A DNA stretch of 64,000 nucleotides from an uncultured Acidobacteriota bacterium (GCA_963700145.1 OY969474.1:4896001-4960000), one strand, 5' to 3'. Shown: positions 17,322 to 29,136, counted from the stretch's first letter. Translations and numbers: made by a program. The notes: a model not told the origin generated them from the letters alone.

Positions 17322-20300
17322 TCACCACCCCGGCGAGATGACGAACCCGGTGACGTGCTCCTCGCTCGGCCGCTGGAACGGCACCGCGTAGTAGAACTCC
17401 AGGACCGCGAACCCCCCCAACAGGATCCGAGCGGTGATCCCGGCGCTGAACACCGGGATCCGCTCGGCCGAGCTCTCGACGAACGCCAGCTCCGGCGACT
17501 CGTCCGCCGTCCACGCCGTCCCGGCGTCGACGAAGGCGGCGAGCTCGGTCGGCAGCCAGGGCAGCTCCAACAGCCCGAAGTCGCGCGTCCCGAAGAGCGG
17601 CACCCGCAGCTCGACGTTGGCCACCGCCAGACGGCTGCCGATCAGCCGCTCGAACTCCGGGCAGGCTTGCGGGTCGCCGGGCACCGAGCTGCACTCGTCG
17701 GCGTCGATCGAGCCCAGCCGGTAGCCGCGCACCAGGGTGTCGTGACCGATGTAGAGCGGCGACAGCCGCTCGCTCTCGGCGTCCTGGCCGTAGCGGCCGT
17801 AGTGGAGGGCGCGGAAGGCGAGGGTCACCGGCCGGCGGAAGAAGTAGCGGCGGTAATCGGCGAGGAGGGACTGGAACTGCAGGGTGCCGAAGGTCGGCTC
17901 GATCTCTAGCCGGTAGCGCTCGCCGCGCACCGGCGAGGTGAAGCCGAAGTAGGAGCTGTCGCCGACCAGCGCGAAGGTGCCCTGCATCAGGTCGAGCGGC
18001 TCTTCGGAAGGGAGGCTCCGCTCGCCGCGGTCGACGATCGTGTCGCCGACCACCGTCGCCGAGAACACCTCGAGGTCGAAGTCCATCCGCGTGTAGCCGA
18101 CCGCCGCCTCGAAGCGGCGCCGGACCGAGAACGGGTAGTGAGTGACGAGCGAGGCGCGGTCGAGGGTCACGGTCTCGCGGAACTGCTGGATCTCCCGCCC
18201 CTGCACCTGCTGGCCGTCGACGGTGACCACCGTGGGCCGCACCGTGGTGAACGCCGAGACGTAGGGCACGTGCCCCCCCGCCACCCCCCAGTTCCAGCGC
18301 TGCTCGCGGTTGAGGTAGTAGGCCTGGGCGCCGACCTGGTCGAGCGCGCCGCCGGTGCCGTAGAGCGTCACGCCGACGGTGTGCTGGCCGAGCATGTCGC
18401 CGAAGAGGGCGGTGATGTCGCCGCCGACGACGTTGCCGAAGCTGCTCACCGCCACCCCCGCCACCGGTGCCAGGTAGTCGAGCTTGAGGTTCGGGTCGTA
18501 ATCGGCGAGCTCGGAGCGGCGCTCCGCCTCGCGCGGGGCGACCGCCCGGTCGTCGAGGTAGGCCTGGACGGTCGAGCGCGCCTCGGCCTGGGCCGGCGGC
18601 AGGAGGGCGGCGACCGGGGCCTCGCCCGCGCCGGCGCCCGCCGGCTCGCCGCGCGCCTGCTGCGGCTCGAGGACGTGGATGGCGTAGGAGGTGTCGTCGA
18701 AGACCGAGAAGAGGACGCGGCCGCTCTGCTGCGCCACCGAGAGCGCCGGCGACAGCGTGGTGATGCCGGAGACGCCGGTGGCGACCCGCGTCACCTGCGA
18801 CAGGCCGCCGTCGAGCTCCAGCCGGTAGAGGTCGTTGACCCCCTCGCGGTCGGAGAGGAAGAAGAGCTCCCGCCCGCTCGGCGCGAACGCGGGATTGACC
18901 TCGTGCGCCCGCCCCCAGCCGGCCTCCTGGAGCGCCGCCGCCGGCCGCGCCTGGCCGCTCGCGACGTCGAGCAGCCAGATCCCGAGCGGCGCGTAGTGGA
19001 GCGTCGAGAAGTCGGTCTCCGGGCCGCGGTCCGAGGTGAAGGCGAGGGTCTTGCCGTCCGGCGACCAGGCCGGCTGCAGGTCGGCGTGGCGGTCGTCGGT
19101 GAGCTGGCGCAGGCGCTCGGTCTCGAGGTCCAGCAGGTAGAGGTCGGTCATCGCCCCGACGGCGCCGGAGAAGGCGAGGGTCTTGCCGTCCGGCGACCAG
19201 GCGGGGTTCCAGATCGCGCCGAGGCCCGTCGGCCGGATGCGCCGCTCGATGCGGCGCGAGGCGACGTCGAGGACGGCGATCTGATTGCTCCCCTGGCCGA
19301 AGACGACGAAGGCGAACTTGCGGCCGTCCGGCGACCAGGTGCCGGCCGAGTCGAGGAAGCGGAGGGCGTCGAAGTGCGGGTCGGCGTCGGCCGAGAGGAG
19401 CTTCGACTTGAGCTCGCCGGTGCGCGCGTCGGCCAGGTAGAGGTCGAAGGTGAAGAGCCGCCGCGTCGAGAGGAAGATGATCTGGCTGCCGTCCGGCGAC
19501 ACCGCCGGGGAGACGTAGACGTCGCGGATGCGGTCCCCTTGCGGCAGCAGGCGCTGGCCGACGCCGCGCGGCGCGGTGCGGCGGGTGACGATCGGCGAGT
19601 AGTCGCGGCGGATGGCGTCGATCCAGGCCTCGGAGAACTCCTTCTCCGGGATCCCCAGCACCTCCTCGAGCGCCCCCTCGACGCCGAGCGCCGCGCCGGC
19701 GGTGAAGAGGTTGCCCACCACCCGGTCCCCCCAGCGGCCGCCGACGTAGGCCCAGAAGGCGTGCCCCCAGCGGTAGGGGAAGAAGCGCGACTCGCGCGAC
19801 ATGCGGCGGAGGTCGGGGAGGTCCTCGCGCACCAGGGCGTCGCGCAGCCACATCGCGCTGTGCGACGCCTCCCGCCCGATCGACAGGTACTCCGCCAGCC
19901 CCTCGATGAACCAGAGCGGCAGCTGGGCGCCGGCGGTCTGCGCCCGCCCCTGCTCGCGCCCGCCGAGCAGGATCTCGAACTGGAAGACGTGCACCAGCTC
20001 GTGGCCGAGGACGTGGTCGGTGTCGGCGTAGGAGCCGGTGAGCGGCATGACCACCCGCGAGCGCAGCGGCTCGGTCAAGCCGCCGGTGCCCTGGCCGATC
20101 AGGCTGCCCACCACGGTCGTCTGCTGGAAGTCGCTGTGGTTGGCATAGAGGATGAGCGGCCGCTTCCCGCTGAGCTGGAAGCCGAAGACGGAGCTGAGGC
20201 GGTCGTACCAGCGCTCGGCCATGCGCGCCGCGTCCTGTGCCTCCTCCTCGGCCGGCGGGTAGAAATGAACGTCGAAGTGCTCGGTCGAGAGCACCTGCCA

Positions 20301-20438
20301 GTCGAACTTCTCCCACTGCACCTTGTTGCGGCCGAAGTACTGGGCGGAGGCGGGCGCCGGGAGGACGAGGAGGGCGAAAAGGGCGGCGGCAAGGAGCGCC
20401 GCGCCGGAGGGGACGAGACACGGACGTCGCAAGAACAT
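17322..20438 (-). CDS. Outer-membrane protein with gluzincin-like peptidase domain, PD40/TolB propeller and BamA/TamA-like barrel
   Basis: Signal peptide then AQYFGRNKVQ, HELVH...WFIEGLAEY, repeated WSPDG motifs, and C-terminal VRGY and amphipathic strands ending in W. AGGAGG RBS before ATG 20438. Confidence 0.85.
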   Translation of the reverse strand: MFLRRPCLVPSGAALLAAALFALLVLPAPASAQYFGRNKVQWEKFDWQVLSTEHFDVHFYPPAEEEAQDAARMAERWYDRLSSVFGFQLSGKRPLILYANHSDFQQTTVVGSLIGQGTGGLTEPLRSRVVMPLTGSYADTDHVLGHELVHVFQFEILLGGREQGRAQTAGAQLPLWFIEGLAEYLSIGREASHSAMWLRDALVREDLPDLRRMSRESRFFPYRWGHAFWAYVGGRWGDRVVGNLFTAGAALGVEGALEEVLGIPEKEFSEAWIDAIRRDYSPIVTRRTAPRGVGQRLLPQGDRIRDVYVSPAVSPDGSQIIFLSTRRLFTFDLYLADARTGELKSKLLSADADPHFDALRFLDSAGTWSPDGRKFAFVVFGQGSNQIAVLDVASRRIERRIRPTGLGAIWNPAWSPDGKTLAFSGAVGAMTDLYLLDLETERLRQLTDDRHADLQPAWSPDGKTLAFTSDRGPETDFSTLHYAPLGIWLLDVASGQARPAAALQEAGWGRAHEVNPAFAPSGRELFFLSDREGVNDLYRLELDGGLSQVTRVATGVSGITTLSPALSVAQQSGRVLFSVFDDTSYAIHVLEPQQARGEPAGAGAGEAPVAALLPPAQAEARSTVQAYLDDRAVAPREAERRSELADYDPNLKLDYLAPVAGVAVSSFGNVVGGDITALFGDMLGQHTVGVTLYGTGGALDQVGAQAYYLNREQRWNWGVAGGHVPYVSAFTTVRPTVVTVDGQQVQGREIQQFRETVTLDRASLVTHYPFSVRRRFEAAVGYTRMDFDLEVFSATVVGDTIVDRGERSLPSEEPLDLMQGTFALVGDSSYFGFTSPVRGERYRLEIEPTFGTLQFQSLLADYRRYFFRRPVTLAFRALHYGRYGQDAESERLSPLYIGHDTLVRGYRLGSIDADECSSVPGDPQACPEFERLIGSRLAVANVELRVPLFGTRDFGLLELPWLPTELAAFVDAGTAWTADESPELAFVESSAERIPVFSAGITARILLGGFAVLEFYYAVPFQRPSEEHVTGFVISPGW

Positions 20439-20543
20439 GAAGGGGGACCTCCTGGGCGGGATCGCCATTCAAGAGCGGTGCCCGCCGGCCGGGCGCAGGG
20501 GCGCGTGCTAGCATCCGCGGCCGTTTCGAGGGAGGTCCCATAG

Positions 20544-21982
<1,439 letters not shown>

Positions 21983-21986
<4 letters not shown>

Positions 21987-23263
21987 GCGCGCGCGGCGCG
22001 CTCGCGGCGATGGTGCTGGCGCTGGCCGCGGCACCGGGCGCGCTGGCGGAGACGCTCGCCATCGTCGGCGGGACGGTGCACACGGTCGGGCCGCAGGGGA
22101 CGATCGAAGGGGGGACGGTGGTCGTCCGCGACGGCAGGATCGCTGCCGTCGGCCGCGACGTCGCGGTGCCGGCCGGCGCGCGGACCATCGACGCCCGCGG
22201 CAAGGTCGTGACGCCCGGCCTCTTCGATTCGCTGACCCGTCTGGGCGTCGTCGAGGTCGATCAGGTCGAGACGACGCGCGACTTCGCGGTCGAGGACGAC
22301 GAGATCACCGCCGCCCTGACGGTGGCCGAGGCCATCAACCCGCGCTCGATGCTCATCCCGGTCAACCGGGTCGAAGGATTGACGCGCGCGATGGTGGCCC
22401 CGAGCCCCGGCGCCAGCCTGATCGCCGGGCAGGGCGCGATCATCCACCTCGGCGCGGGAAGCGACCTCGTGGTGCGCGCCCCGGCGGCGATGTTCGCCGC
22501 CCTCGGCGAGGAGGGGATGAGCCACGCCGGCGGGGCGCGCGGCGCCGCCCTCCTCCGCCTGCGCGAAGCGCTCCAGGACGCCGCCGACTACGCCGCCAAC
22601 CGCCCTGCCTTCGAGCGCGGCGAGCGGCGGCCCTACGCTCTCTCGCGGCTGGACCTGGAGGCGCTGGTGCCGGTGGTGCGCGGCGAGCTGCCGCTGGTCC
22701 TGGCCGTGGACCGCGCGAGCGACATCCGCGCCGCGCTGGCGCTCGGGCGCGAGCACTCCCTGCGCTTGATCCTGGCCGGCGTGACGGAAGGGTGGACGGT
22801 GGCGGAGGAGATCGCCGCGGCGAAGGTGCCGGTGCTGGTCAACCCGATGGTCAACCTCCCGGCGCGCTTCGAAACGCTGGCCGCGACGCTGGAGAACGCG
22901 GGGCGCCTGGCCCAGGCGGGAGTGACCGTCGCCTTTGCGACCGGCGACGCCCACAACGCCCGCAACATCAAGCAGGGGGCGGGCAACGCGGTGTCGTACG
23001 GGATGACGTGGGAGGACGCCCTGCGCGCGATGACCCTGACCCCCGCGCGCATCTGGGGCCTCGCCGACCGGCTGGGCAGCCTGGAGGTCGGCAAGGAGGC
23101 CGACGTCGTCGTCTGGGACGGCGACCCGCTGGAGCTCGCCACCTTCCCGACGCAGGTCGTCATCCGCGGCGTCGAGGTCCCGATGGACAGCCGCCAGACG
23201 CGCCTCCGCGACCGCTACCGCACCCTTCCCGGCGACCTGCCGCCGGCCTACCGGCAGCCGTAG
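21983..23263 (+). CDS. Second amidohydrolase-family protein lacking metal-binding histidines
   Basis: GTGA overlap with the upstream gene and a signal peptide. TPGLFDSLTRLG replaces the HxH motif. GSLEVGKEADVVVW. Confidence 0.85.
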
Positions 23264-23278
23264 GCGGGGCTCCGCGCC

Positions 23279-24178
23279 ATGTTCTGTCCCCAGTGCGGCG
23301 CGGAGTACCGGGAAGGCTTCGGCCGCTGCGTCGATTGCGAGGTGGACCTCGTCGCGGAGGCGCCGTCCCCGGCCGGCCGCCCGGCGCCCGCGGCACGGCT
23401 CGTGACCGTCTTGCGCAGCGGGGACCCGGCGGTCCTCGCGATGGCGAAGTCGCTGCTGCAGGATGCGGGAATCGCCTCCGCCGCCCGGGGTGAGGGATTG
23501 CAGGACCTCTTCGCCCTCGGCCGGCTCGGGACCGGCTCCAGCCCCATCGTCGGACCCGCCGAGATCCGGGTGAGCTCGGCGGACGAGGCGGCCGCTCGCG
23601 AGCTGCTGCGCGACCTCGAGAGCGGAGTGGAAAGCCCGAGCGAAGACGAGGCCGGCGAGGACGAGGACGACGAGGACGACGGAACGGAAGATCCCGGGCT
23701 CGCGGCAGAGCGAGCGGTCGAGCCCGCGGACGACGCCGGCGTCTCCGCGCCGCCGGCACGAGCCAAGAGAGCGTTCAGGGCGCTGGTGCTGTGCGAGCTT
23801 CTCGTGTGGCTCCTCGCCGTGATGTCGTGGGAGCCGTTCGCCCGGCGGGTTCCTGAGCAGCTGTGGGGCCAGATCGACGCGGCCTTGCCGCCCGCCATCC
23901 CCGACAGTGTGTTCAGCGACGCCTTCCCGACGTTCATGCTCCTGTCGGTCGCCGTATCGATCGGCTTGCTCGCCTTCTGGTCGCCCAGCCGCTACCTCTA
24001 CGTTCTCCTCTGGTGCTGGTCCCTCTTCGCGGCCGCGTTCGGCGCGGCGGAGGTGGACTACGGCCTGCTGGCCTTCCTTTCAACGCTCGACCACCTTCTG
24101 GGCGGCGCGATCATCGCCTTGGTCTTCTCGCACCCACTGCGGAGAGCGTTCGAGAGGCGCGCTCGGCCGCCCTCCTGA
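23279..24178 (+). CDS. Zinc-ribbon/DUF2007-like domain membrane protein
   Basis: MFCPQCGAEYREGFGRCVDC, AKSLLQDAGI (DUF2007-like), an acidic linker and four hydrophobic helices. Confidence 0.7.
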   Translation: MFCPQCGAEYREGFGRCVDCEVDLVAEAPSPAGRPAPAARLVTVLRSGDPAVLAMAKSLLQDAGIASAARGEGLQDLFALGRLGTGSSPIVGPAEIRVSSADEAAARELLRDLESGVESPSEDEAGEDEDDEDDGTEDPGLAAERAVEPADDAGVSAPPARAKRAFRALVLCELLVWLLAVMSWEPFARRVPEQLWGQIDAALPPAIPDSVFSDAFPTFMLLSVAVSIGLLAFWSPSRYLYVLLWCWSLFAAAFGAAEVDYGLLAFLSTLDHLLGGAIIALVFSHPLRRAFERRARPPS

Positions 24179-24184
24179 AGCGCC

Positions 24185-24814
24185 GTGGTCGACCTCGTCG
24201 TCTGCTTCGCGACGCCTCTGGAGGGCGAGGGGCTGCCGCGCGCGGTCGGCGGGCGGTCGCTGGCGCTGCTGCGGACCGGCGTCGGCCCGGTCAACGCGGC
24301 GTACGCGCTAACGCGGTTCCTCGCCGAGCACCCGGCGCGGGCGGTCGTCGCCTGCGGCGTCGGCGGCGCGTATCCGGGGTCGGGGCTCGCGCCGGGGGAG
24401 GTCGTCTGCGCCGAGAGCGAGACCTACGGCGACCTCGGCGCCGAGTCCCCCACGGGCTTCCTCGACATGGCAGCGCTCGGCTTTCCGGTGATCGACGGCG
24501 ACCCGCCCCTCTTCAACCGCCTGCCGCTCGACCTCTACCCCGCGCCGCGCCGCGCGCCGTTCGTCACCTGCGCCACCTGCACGGGCAGCGACCGCACGGC
24601 CGCGGCGCTCGCCGCGCGCACCGGCGGCGCCGTCGAGTCGATGGAAGGGGCGGCGGTCGTCCACGTGGCGCGGCTCGCGGGCGTGCCGGTGGGTGAGGTG
24701 CGCGGCATCTCGAACGCGGTCGGCGACCGCGACCGGGCGCGGTGGCGGCTCGAGGAGGCGGCCGCGGCGGCGCGCGCGGCGCTCGTCGCCTGGATCGAGG
24801 CGGGCGGATGCTGA
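24185..24814 (+). CDS. mqnB: Futalosine hydrolase
   Basis: TGVGPVNAA, GVGGAY, ESMEGAAV, EVRGISNAVGDRD. Overlaps mqnD. Confidence 0.9.
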   Translation: MVDLVVCFATPLEGEGLPRAVGGRSLALLRTGVGPVNAAYALTRFLAEHPARAVVACGVGGAYPGSGLAPGEVVCAESETYGDLGAESPTGFLDMAALGFPVIDGDPPLFNRLPLDLYPAPRRAPFVTCATCTGSDRTAAALAARTGGAVESMEGAAVVHVARLAGVPVGEVRGISNAVGDRDRARWRLEEAAAAARAALVAWIEAGGC

Positions 24815-25587
24815 GCCTCGCCATCTCGCCCTGCCCCAACGACACCTTCGTCTTCCACGCAATGTCCGGCCGCTACCGGCTGGCGCTCGACGACGTCGAG
24901 GCGCTCAACCGCCGCGCCGAGCGCGGCGAGTTCGACGTCACCAAGATCTCGGTCGCGGCCTTCGGCCGCATCAGCGAGCGCTACGCACTGCTCCGCGCCG
25001 GCGGCGCCGCGGGCTTCGGCGTCGGCCCCCTCCTCGTGGCCGCCGCCCCGCGCCAGCCCGGCGGCCGGATCGCCATCCCCGGCGAGCGGACAACCGCCGC
25101 CCTCCTGCTGCGCCTCCTGGGCGACTTCACGACCGTCCCCATGCGCTTCGACCGCATCGAGGACGCGGTCCTGGCGGGGGAGGTGGACTGCGGCGTCCTC
25201 ATCCACGAGGGGCGCTTCACCTACGAGGGCAAGGGGCTGGTGCGGCTGGCCGACCTCGGCGAGGTGTGGGAGGAGCGCATGGGCTGCCCGCTGCCGCTGG
25301 GCGCGGTGGCGGTCCGGCGCGAGCTGGGCCCCGAGGTGGCGCGCGAGATCGACGAGGAGATCCGCGCCAGCCTCCGCCGCGCCTGGGAGTACCCCGAGGA
25401 GAGCGCCGACTTCGTCCGCCGCCACGCGCAGGAGATGTCGCCCGAGGTCGTGCGGCGGCACATCGCCCTCTACGTCAACGACTACACCCTCGCCCTCGAC
25501 GAAGCCGCCGTCGAGCGGCTCGTCGCGCTCGCCGCGGAGCACGGCCTCCACCCCCCGCCCGCGGCGCCGCTCTTCGCCTACCGGTAA
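24808..25587 (+). CDS. mqnD: 1,4-dihydroxy-6-naphthoate synthase
   Basis: SPCPNDTF, DVEALN, LIHEGRFTY, PLPLG, HIALYVN. Confidence 0.93.
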   Translation: MLSLAISPCPNDTFVFHAMSGRYRLALDDVEALNRRAERGEFDVTKISVAAFGRISERYALLRAGGAAGFGVGPLLVAAAPRQPGGRIAIPGERTTAALLLRLLGDFTTVPMRFDRIEDAVLAGEVDCGVLIHEGRFTYEGKGLVRLADLGEVWEERMGCPLPLGAVAVRRELGPEVAREIDEEIRASLRRAWEYPEESADFVRRHAQEMSPEVVRRHIALYVNDYTLALDEAAVERLVALAAEHGLHPPPAAPLFAYR

Positions 25588-25665
25588 AGGAAGCGGCCAC
25601 CGCCTCGCACCGCGCCAAAACGGCGCGCCGCGGCCCTGGGCGTAGCCGCCGGTAGTCCCGCGGCA

Positions 25666-26001
25666 CTCGCCGCCAGCCCCGCGGCGGTCGCCGCCGAGCC
25701 CGCGGTGGTCGCCGCCGAGCCCGCGGCGGTCGCCGCCGAGCCCGCGGTGGTCGCCGCCGAGCCCGCGGCGGTCGCCGCCAGCCCCGCGGTGGTCGCCGCC
25801 AGCCTCGCGGCAGTCGCCGCCGGCCCCGCGGCAGTCGCCGCCGGCCCCGCGGTGGTCGCCGCCAGCCTCGCGACAGTCGCCGCCGGCCCCGCGGCAGTCG
25901 CCGCCGGCCCCGCGGCAGTCGCCGCCGGCCCCGCGGTGGTCGCCGTCGGTCCTGCGGTGGTCGCCGCCGGCCTCGCGGTGGTCGCCGCCGGCCTCGCGGT
26001 G
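25666..26001. repeat. Tandem array of 16 x 21-bp units (consensus GTCGCCGCCRRSCYCGCGGYR)
   Basis: Units start every 21 bp from 25666 to 25981, with no unique spacers. Confidence 0.95.
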
Positions 26002-26357
26002 GCATCTCCCGCCTGCCGGGGGCTCAAATCGCGCGGATCACCAGTTTCCCCGCCCGCACCTTCACCTCAAACCCCCGTCCCAGCTCCACCCGGCGGCCCA
26101 TAGGCATGCTCCGGAGAGCCGTACGGGAGGCGCCGCGCCGCCGAATGGCACTACGCCACCGCCGTCCGCTCCGCCGCGCCTCATCCGCGAGCGCGACCAC
26201 GAAGGCGGTCCGGGTAGGGCAGGAGCCCCCCCGCAAGGAGCGCGGCGAGAGGAAGGGGGTGGTGTTGCTAGACTTCGGCGTATTGCTGGACAGGGAGAGA
26301 GCCATCCCGCTTGATTCGAGGATGCGGCAGTGGCCTGCTAGAGAGAGAAGCCATCTA

Positions 26358-27156
26358 ATGACCCTACCTACTTTCAAGAGGGTACACCTCGAGTCCTTAT
26401 CGCGTGCGATTGTCGACGCGGTAAGCCACCGTGAGCTCACGGGGATTATGTCGGATCTAGGCATCGAGGAGAGCGGCGGCCAACCCCGGTGGGAGCGGAT
26501 TCTGCTTGCACTCGACGCTCGTCAGAAGCAGGACAAGTGTGGCAACAACGTCGGCGCGTTCCTCCAAGCGGCTCTAGATCCCGTGCGGTTCACAGGCAGC
26601 GAGCCAAATGCTCATGCAGAGATTCGTCGAAAGGTGAACGAGATTTCTTGCCTTCAGCGGCCTTCAGATTGCGGCGACGGGAAGACTCACAGCAGTTCAG
26701 GCGGCTTCGACCCTCACGGAGGCGCAAGAAAGAGCGAGCCAGCTACGCAGTGAACTTCTGGGTCGCAGGGTCCATGGCGATGTCTTGAAGTTCTGCCGAG
26801 CAGAGCTCCTTCAGGACAACTACTTTCACGCGGTTCTTGAAGCAACGAAGAGTGTCGCAGAGAAGATACGAGGGCGAACGGGCCTTGGAACTGACGGTGC
26901 CGAACTTGCCGATCGGGCATTCGGCGGTGAGAGGCCAGTACTGGCGCTTAGCGCTCTGCGAACTGAGACGGAGATGGCCGAGCAAAGAGGCTTTGTAAAT
27001 CTGTTGAAGGGTTTCTTCGGGACATTCCGACACCCAACGGCGCATGCGCCAAGAATCACTTGGCCGATCTCTGAGGATGACGCCCTTGATCTGCTTACCT
27101 TAGCATCATACCTTCACCGCCGCGTTGACAGTTCCCATCGTACACCATGGAACTGA
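26358..27156 (+). pseudogene. TIGR02391 family protein, frameshifted near 26646
   Basis: Frame 1 (MTLPTF...RRKVNEI) continues in another frame as LAFSGL...VHGDVLKFCRAELLQDNYFHAVLEATKSVAEKIR...FRHPTAH. One extra T in gagatttcttgcc. Confidence 0.8.
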
Positions 27157-27220
27157 GCCAAGGGTGGCGCCTGTCTGTCACCTTTGATGGACTGTGGGTG
27201 CCGAAGGAGTTACAGGCTCA

Positions 27221-28360
27221 ATGAGGCAGTGCTTTGTCATCATGCCCATCGGTAGCGGAGATGCGTACCAAATCTACCGCAACCGTTACGAGCACATTAT
27301 TGAGCCAGCCATAAAGGGCCTGCAAGTCGCTGGCGAGCAGGCGTTCCAGTGCGTGCGGGCAGATTTCGTGACCCAGACCGGCTCTATTACCCGCGATCTC
27401 ATCAGCCGTCTGTACCGCGCAGAGGCTGTGATTGCTGACCTTACTGACCTGAATCCAAATGTCTTCTACGAGCTCGGCGTACGGCACGCGCTTCGATCAG
27501 GTACAATCTTGATTGCTCTGAAGGGCACGAAGCCTCCCTTCGATGTTGGAGACCTCCGTGTCGTTTCTTATGAGGACCGCGTTGGGGGAGAGAAAGAAGC
27601 CATCCCGCAGATTCAGGAGATGCTCAGCTCGCTGTTAGCCGACCAGAGAGAGCTCGATAGCCCGGTGTTGCTTGCTATACCGGACCTAGCCGAACTCGGG
27701 TCTGTGAAGGAACAGCAGGCGCGGCTCTTAGCTCTTGAACACGAGAGGGATTTGCTCAAAGCGCAGCTGGAGGTTTCAGAGAGGGCGAATCTCGCTAGTC
27801 AGGGTTTACTCGAAGCGATGCGCGGCGCGATTGAAAAACTTGGAGATCAAGTTTCCCAGGCGCAACGCAAGAACGCCAAGGCAAAGATTGAGGCGGTTGT
27901 GCAATCGGAGCGCCGGGCTTCGGAGTCTCTTACGGTACCGCGTGTGGGGAGCGTCCCTGTGGATCCGAATACGGTCTTTATTCTTATGCCCATGTCACGT
28001 GATTTGGAGCCGCTTTATGAAACGATCCAGATGGCCGCGACTGCCGCAGGGTTTCGCAGTTATCGTGCTGACGCCATCTTGGCCGTCGGTCGTATTATTG
28101 ATCAGATATTTGAAGCCATCGGGAGAGCCGAGCTCATCGTCGCGGTCCTAACCGCCAGAAACCAAAATGTGATGTACGAACTTGGCCTCGCAAGAGCGAT
28201 GGGCAAGGAAGCTCTTTTGTTATCGGATGACCTACGTGACGTGCCGTTCGATATTCGCGATCAGCGTGTGTTGTCCTACGATATGTCGGTCCAAGGTTTG
28301 AAGAAACTTCAATGGCGTCTTCAGAGAGCCTTTGACGGCTATCGAAGGCACAGTGCCTAG
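27221..28360 (+). CDS. Protein with two nucleoside 2-deoxyribosyltransferase-like (NDT/TIR-like) domains joined by a coiled coil
   Basis: CFVIMP..RAD..IADLTDLNPNVFYELG..PFDV and VFILMP..RAD..NQNVMYELG..VPFDI, with a central heptad-rich helix. Confidence 0.8.
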   Translation: MRQCFVIMPIGSGDAYQIYRNRYEHIIEPAIKGLQVAGEQAFQCVRADFVTQTGSITRDLISRLYRAEAVIADLTDLNPNVFYELGVRHALRSGTILIALKGTKPPFDVGDLRVVSYEDRVGGEKEAIPQIQEMLSSLLADQRELDSPVLLAIPDLAELGSVKEQQARLLALEHERDLLKAQLEVSERANLASQGLLEAMRGAIEKLGDQVSQAQRKNAKAKIEAVVQSERRASESLTVPRVGSVPVDPNTVFILMPMSRDLEPLYETIQMAATAAGFRSYRADAILAVGRIIDQIFEAIGRAELIVAVLTARNQNVMYELGLARAMGKEALLLSDDLRDVPFDIRDQRVLSYDMSVQGLKKLQWRLQRAFDGYRRHSA

Positions 28361-28528
28361 AGAACTTTGACCCCAAGGGTTTCCCGCCGCTGAGCCTTGG
28401 GACGTTGGGCCGAAACACAGACGTTGAGAAGAGGAGGATTCTCGGTTCTTCAAGGCCCACGAGGGCCGCTTCTCTGCGACTGCTACGGCCAAGCTGCGCG
28501 CGACCTCCAGAGTGCCAGTCGTAAAGGT

Positions 28529-28891
28529 TCAGACGAGCCGGCGTCGCATGCGCACTCGGTCCGGTTGCACCACGACTCTTGCCCGTCGAGGGGCTCCTCG
28601 GCCAGGGCTGGAGCACTGCGCCGACCTCCTCGTGACCCGCAGGTAGGGAACCGTGCTCGGAAAGCGCACGAGGATTACGCCGGCGTGCTCCTTCTGGAGA
28701 GCTGCGCGGTGGGCGAATCGCCGATCCGCTGTGACGAGCACTCAGCGGTGCGCGATGGCGTACGACAGCACGTCACCGTCGTCCCTGCCCTGGAGCCCTA
28801 CTTCTCGCACGTCTTCGGCGCGGACCTGCAAGCTGCGGAGGGTTGCGGCGAAGATGCGGGAGAGGTTCTCGTCAACGAGGAAGTGGGCCAT
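28529..28891 (-). pseudogene. DUF5615 (PIN-like) toxin with in-frame TGA at codon 50
   Basis: MAHFLVDENLS...GLQGRDDGDVLSYAIAHR*VLVTADRRF...GVILVR. Stop at 28742-28744, immediately downstream of DUF433. Confidence 0.8.
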
Positions 28892-28896
28892 CTCGC

Positions 28897-29124
28897 CTAG
28901 CCGGTGAGACGAATTTCCTCGAGGGAGATGACGCTCGCGGCATAGGCGAGCGCGGCGAGCACGTCCTCTCGCGTGACGCCGTACACGTCCGCCACTTCAT
29001 CGATCGGCAGGCCGGCCGCGAGCTGGCCGATGACGATCTCGACGGGGACGCGGGTGCCCTTGATGACCGACTTCCCGACGAGGATGTTCGGGTCGACGAC
29101 GATGCGCGGTGCGATCTCGGACAT
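28897..29124 (-). CDS. DUF433 family antitoxin
   Basis: RIVVDPNILVGKSVIKGTRVPV...TREDVLAALAYA, with an AGGAGG RBS. Confidence 0.92.
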   Translation of the reverse strand: MSEIAPRIVVDPNILVGKSVIKGTRVPVEIVIGQLAAGLPIDEVADVYGVTREDVLAALAYAASVISLEEIRLTG

Positions 29125-29136
29125 GGGCGGCCTCCT

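Noticed and set aside
25666-26001. Possible CRISPR array
   Set aside because: Contiguous 21-bp units without unique spacers, and no cas genes in the window. The same applies to the arrays around IS21.
28742-28744. Selenocysteine or recoded TGA in DUF5615, and recoded TAG in the IS256 transposase
   Set aside because: The position is not a conserved Cys site, TGA and TAG end many normal genes here, and no SECIS-like context was recognised.
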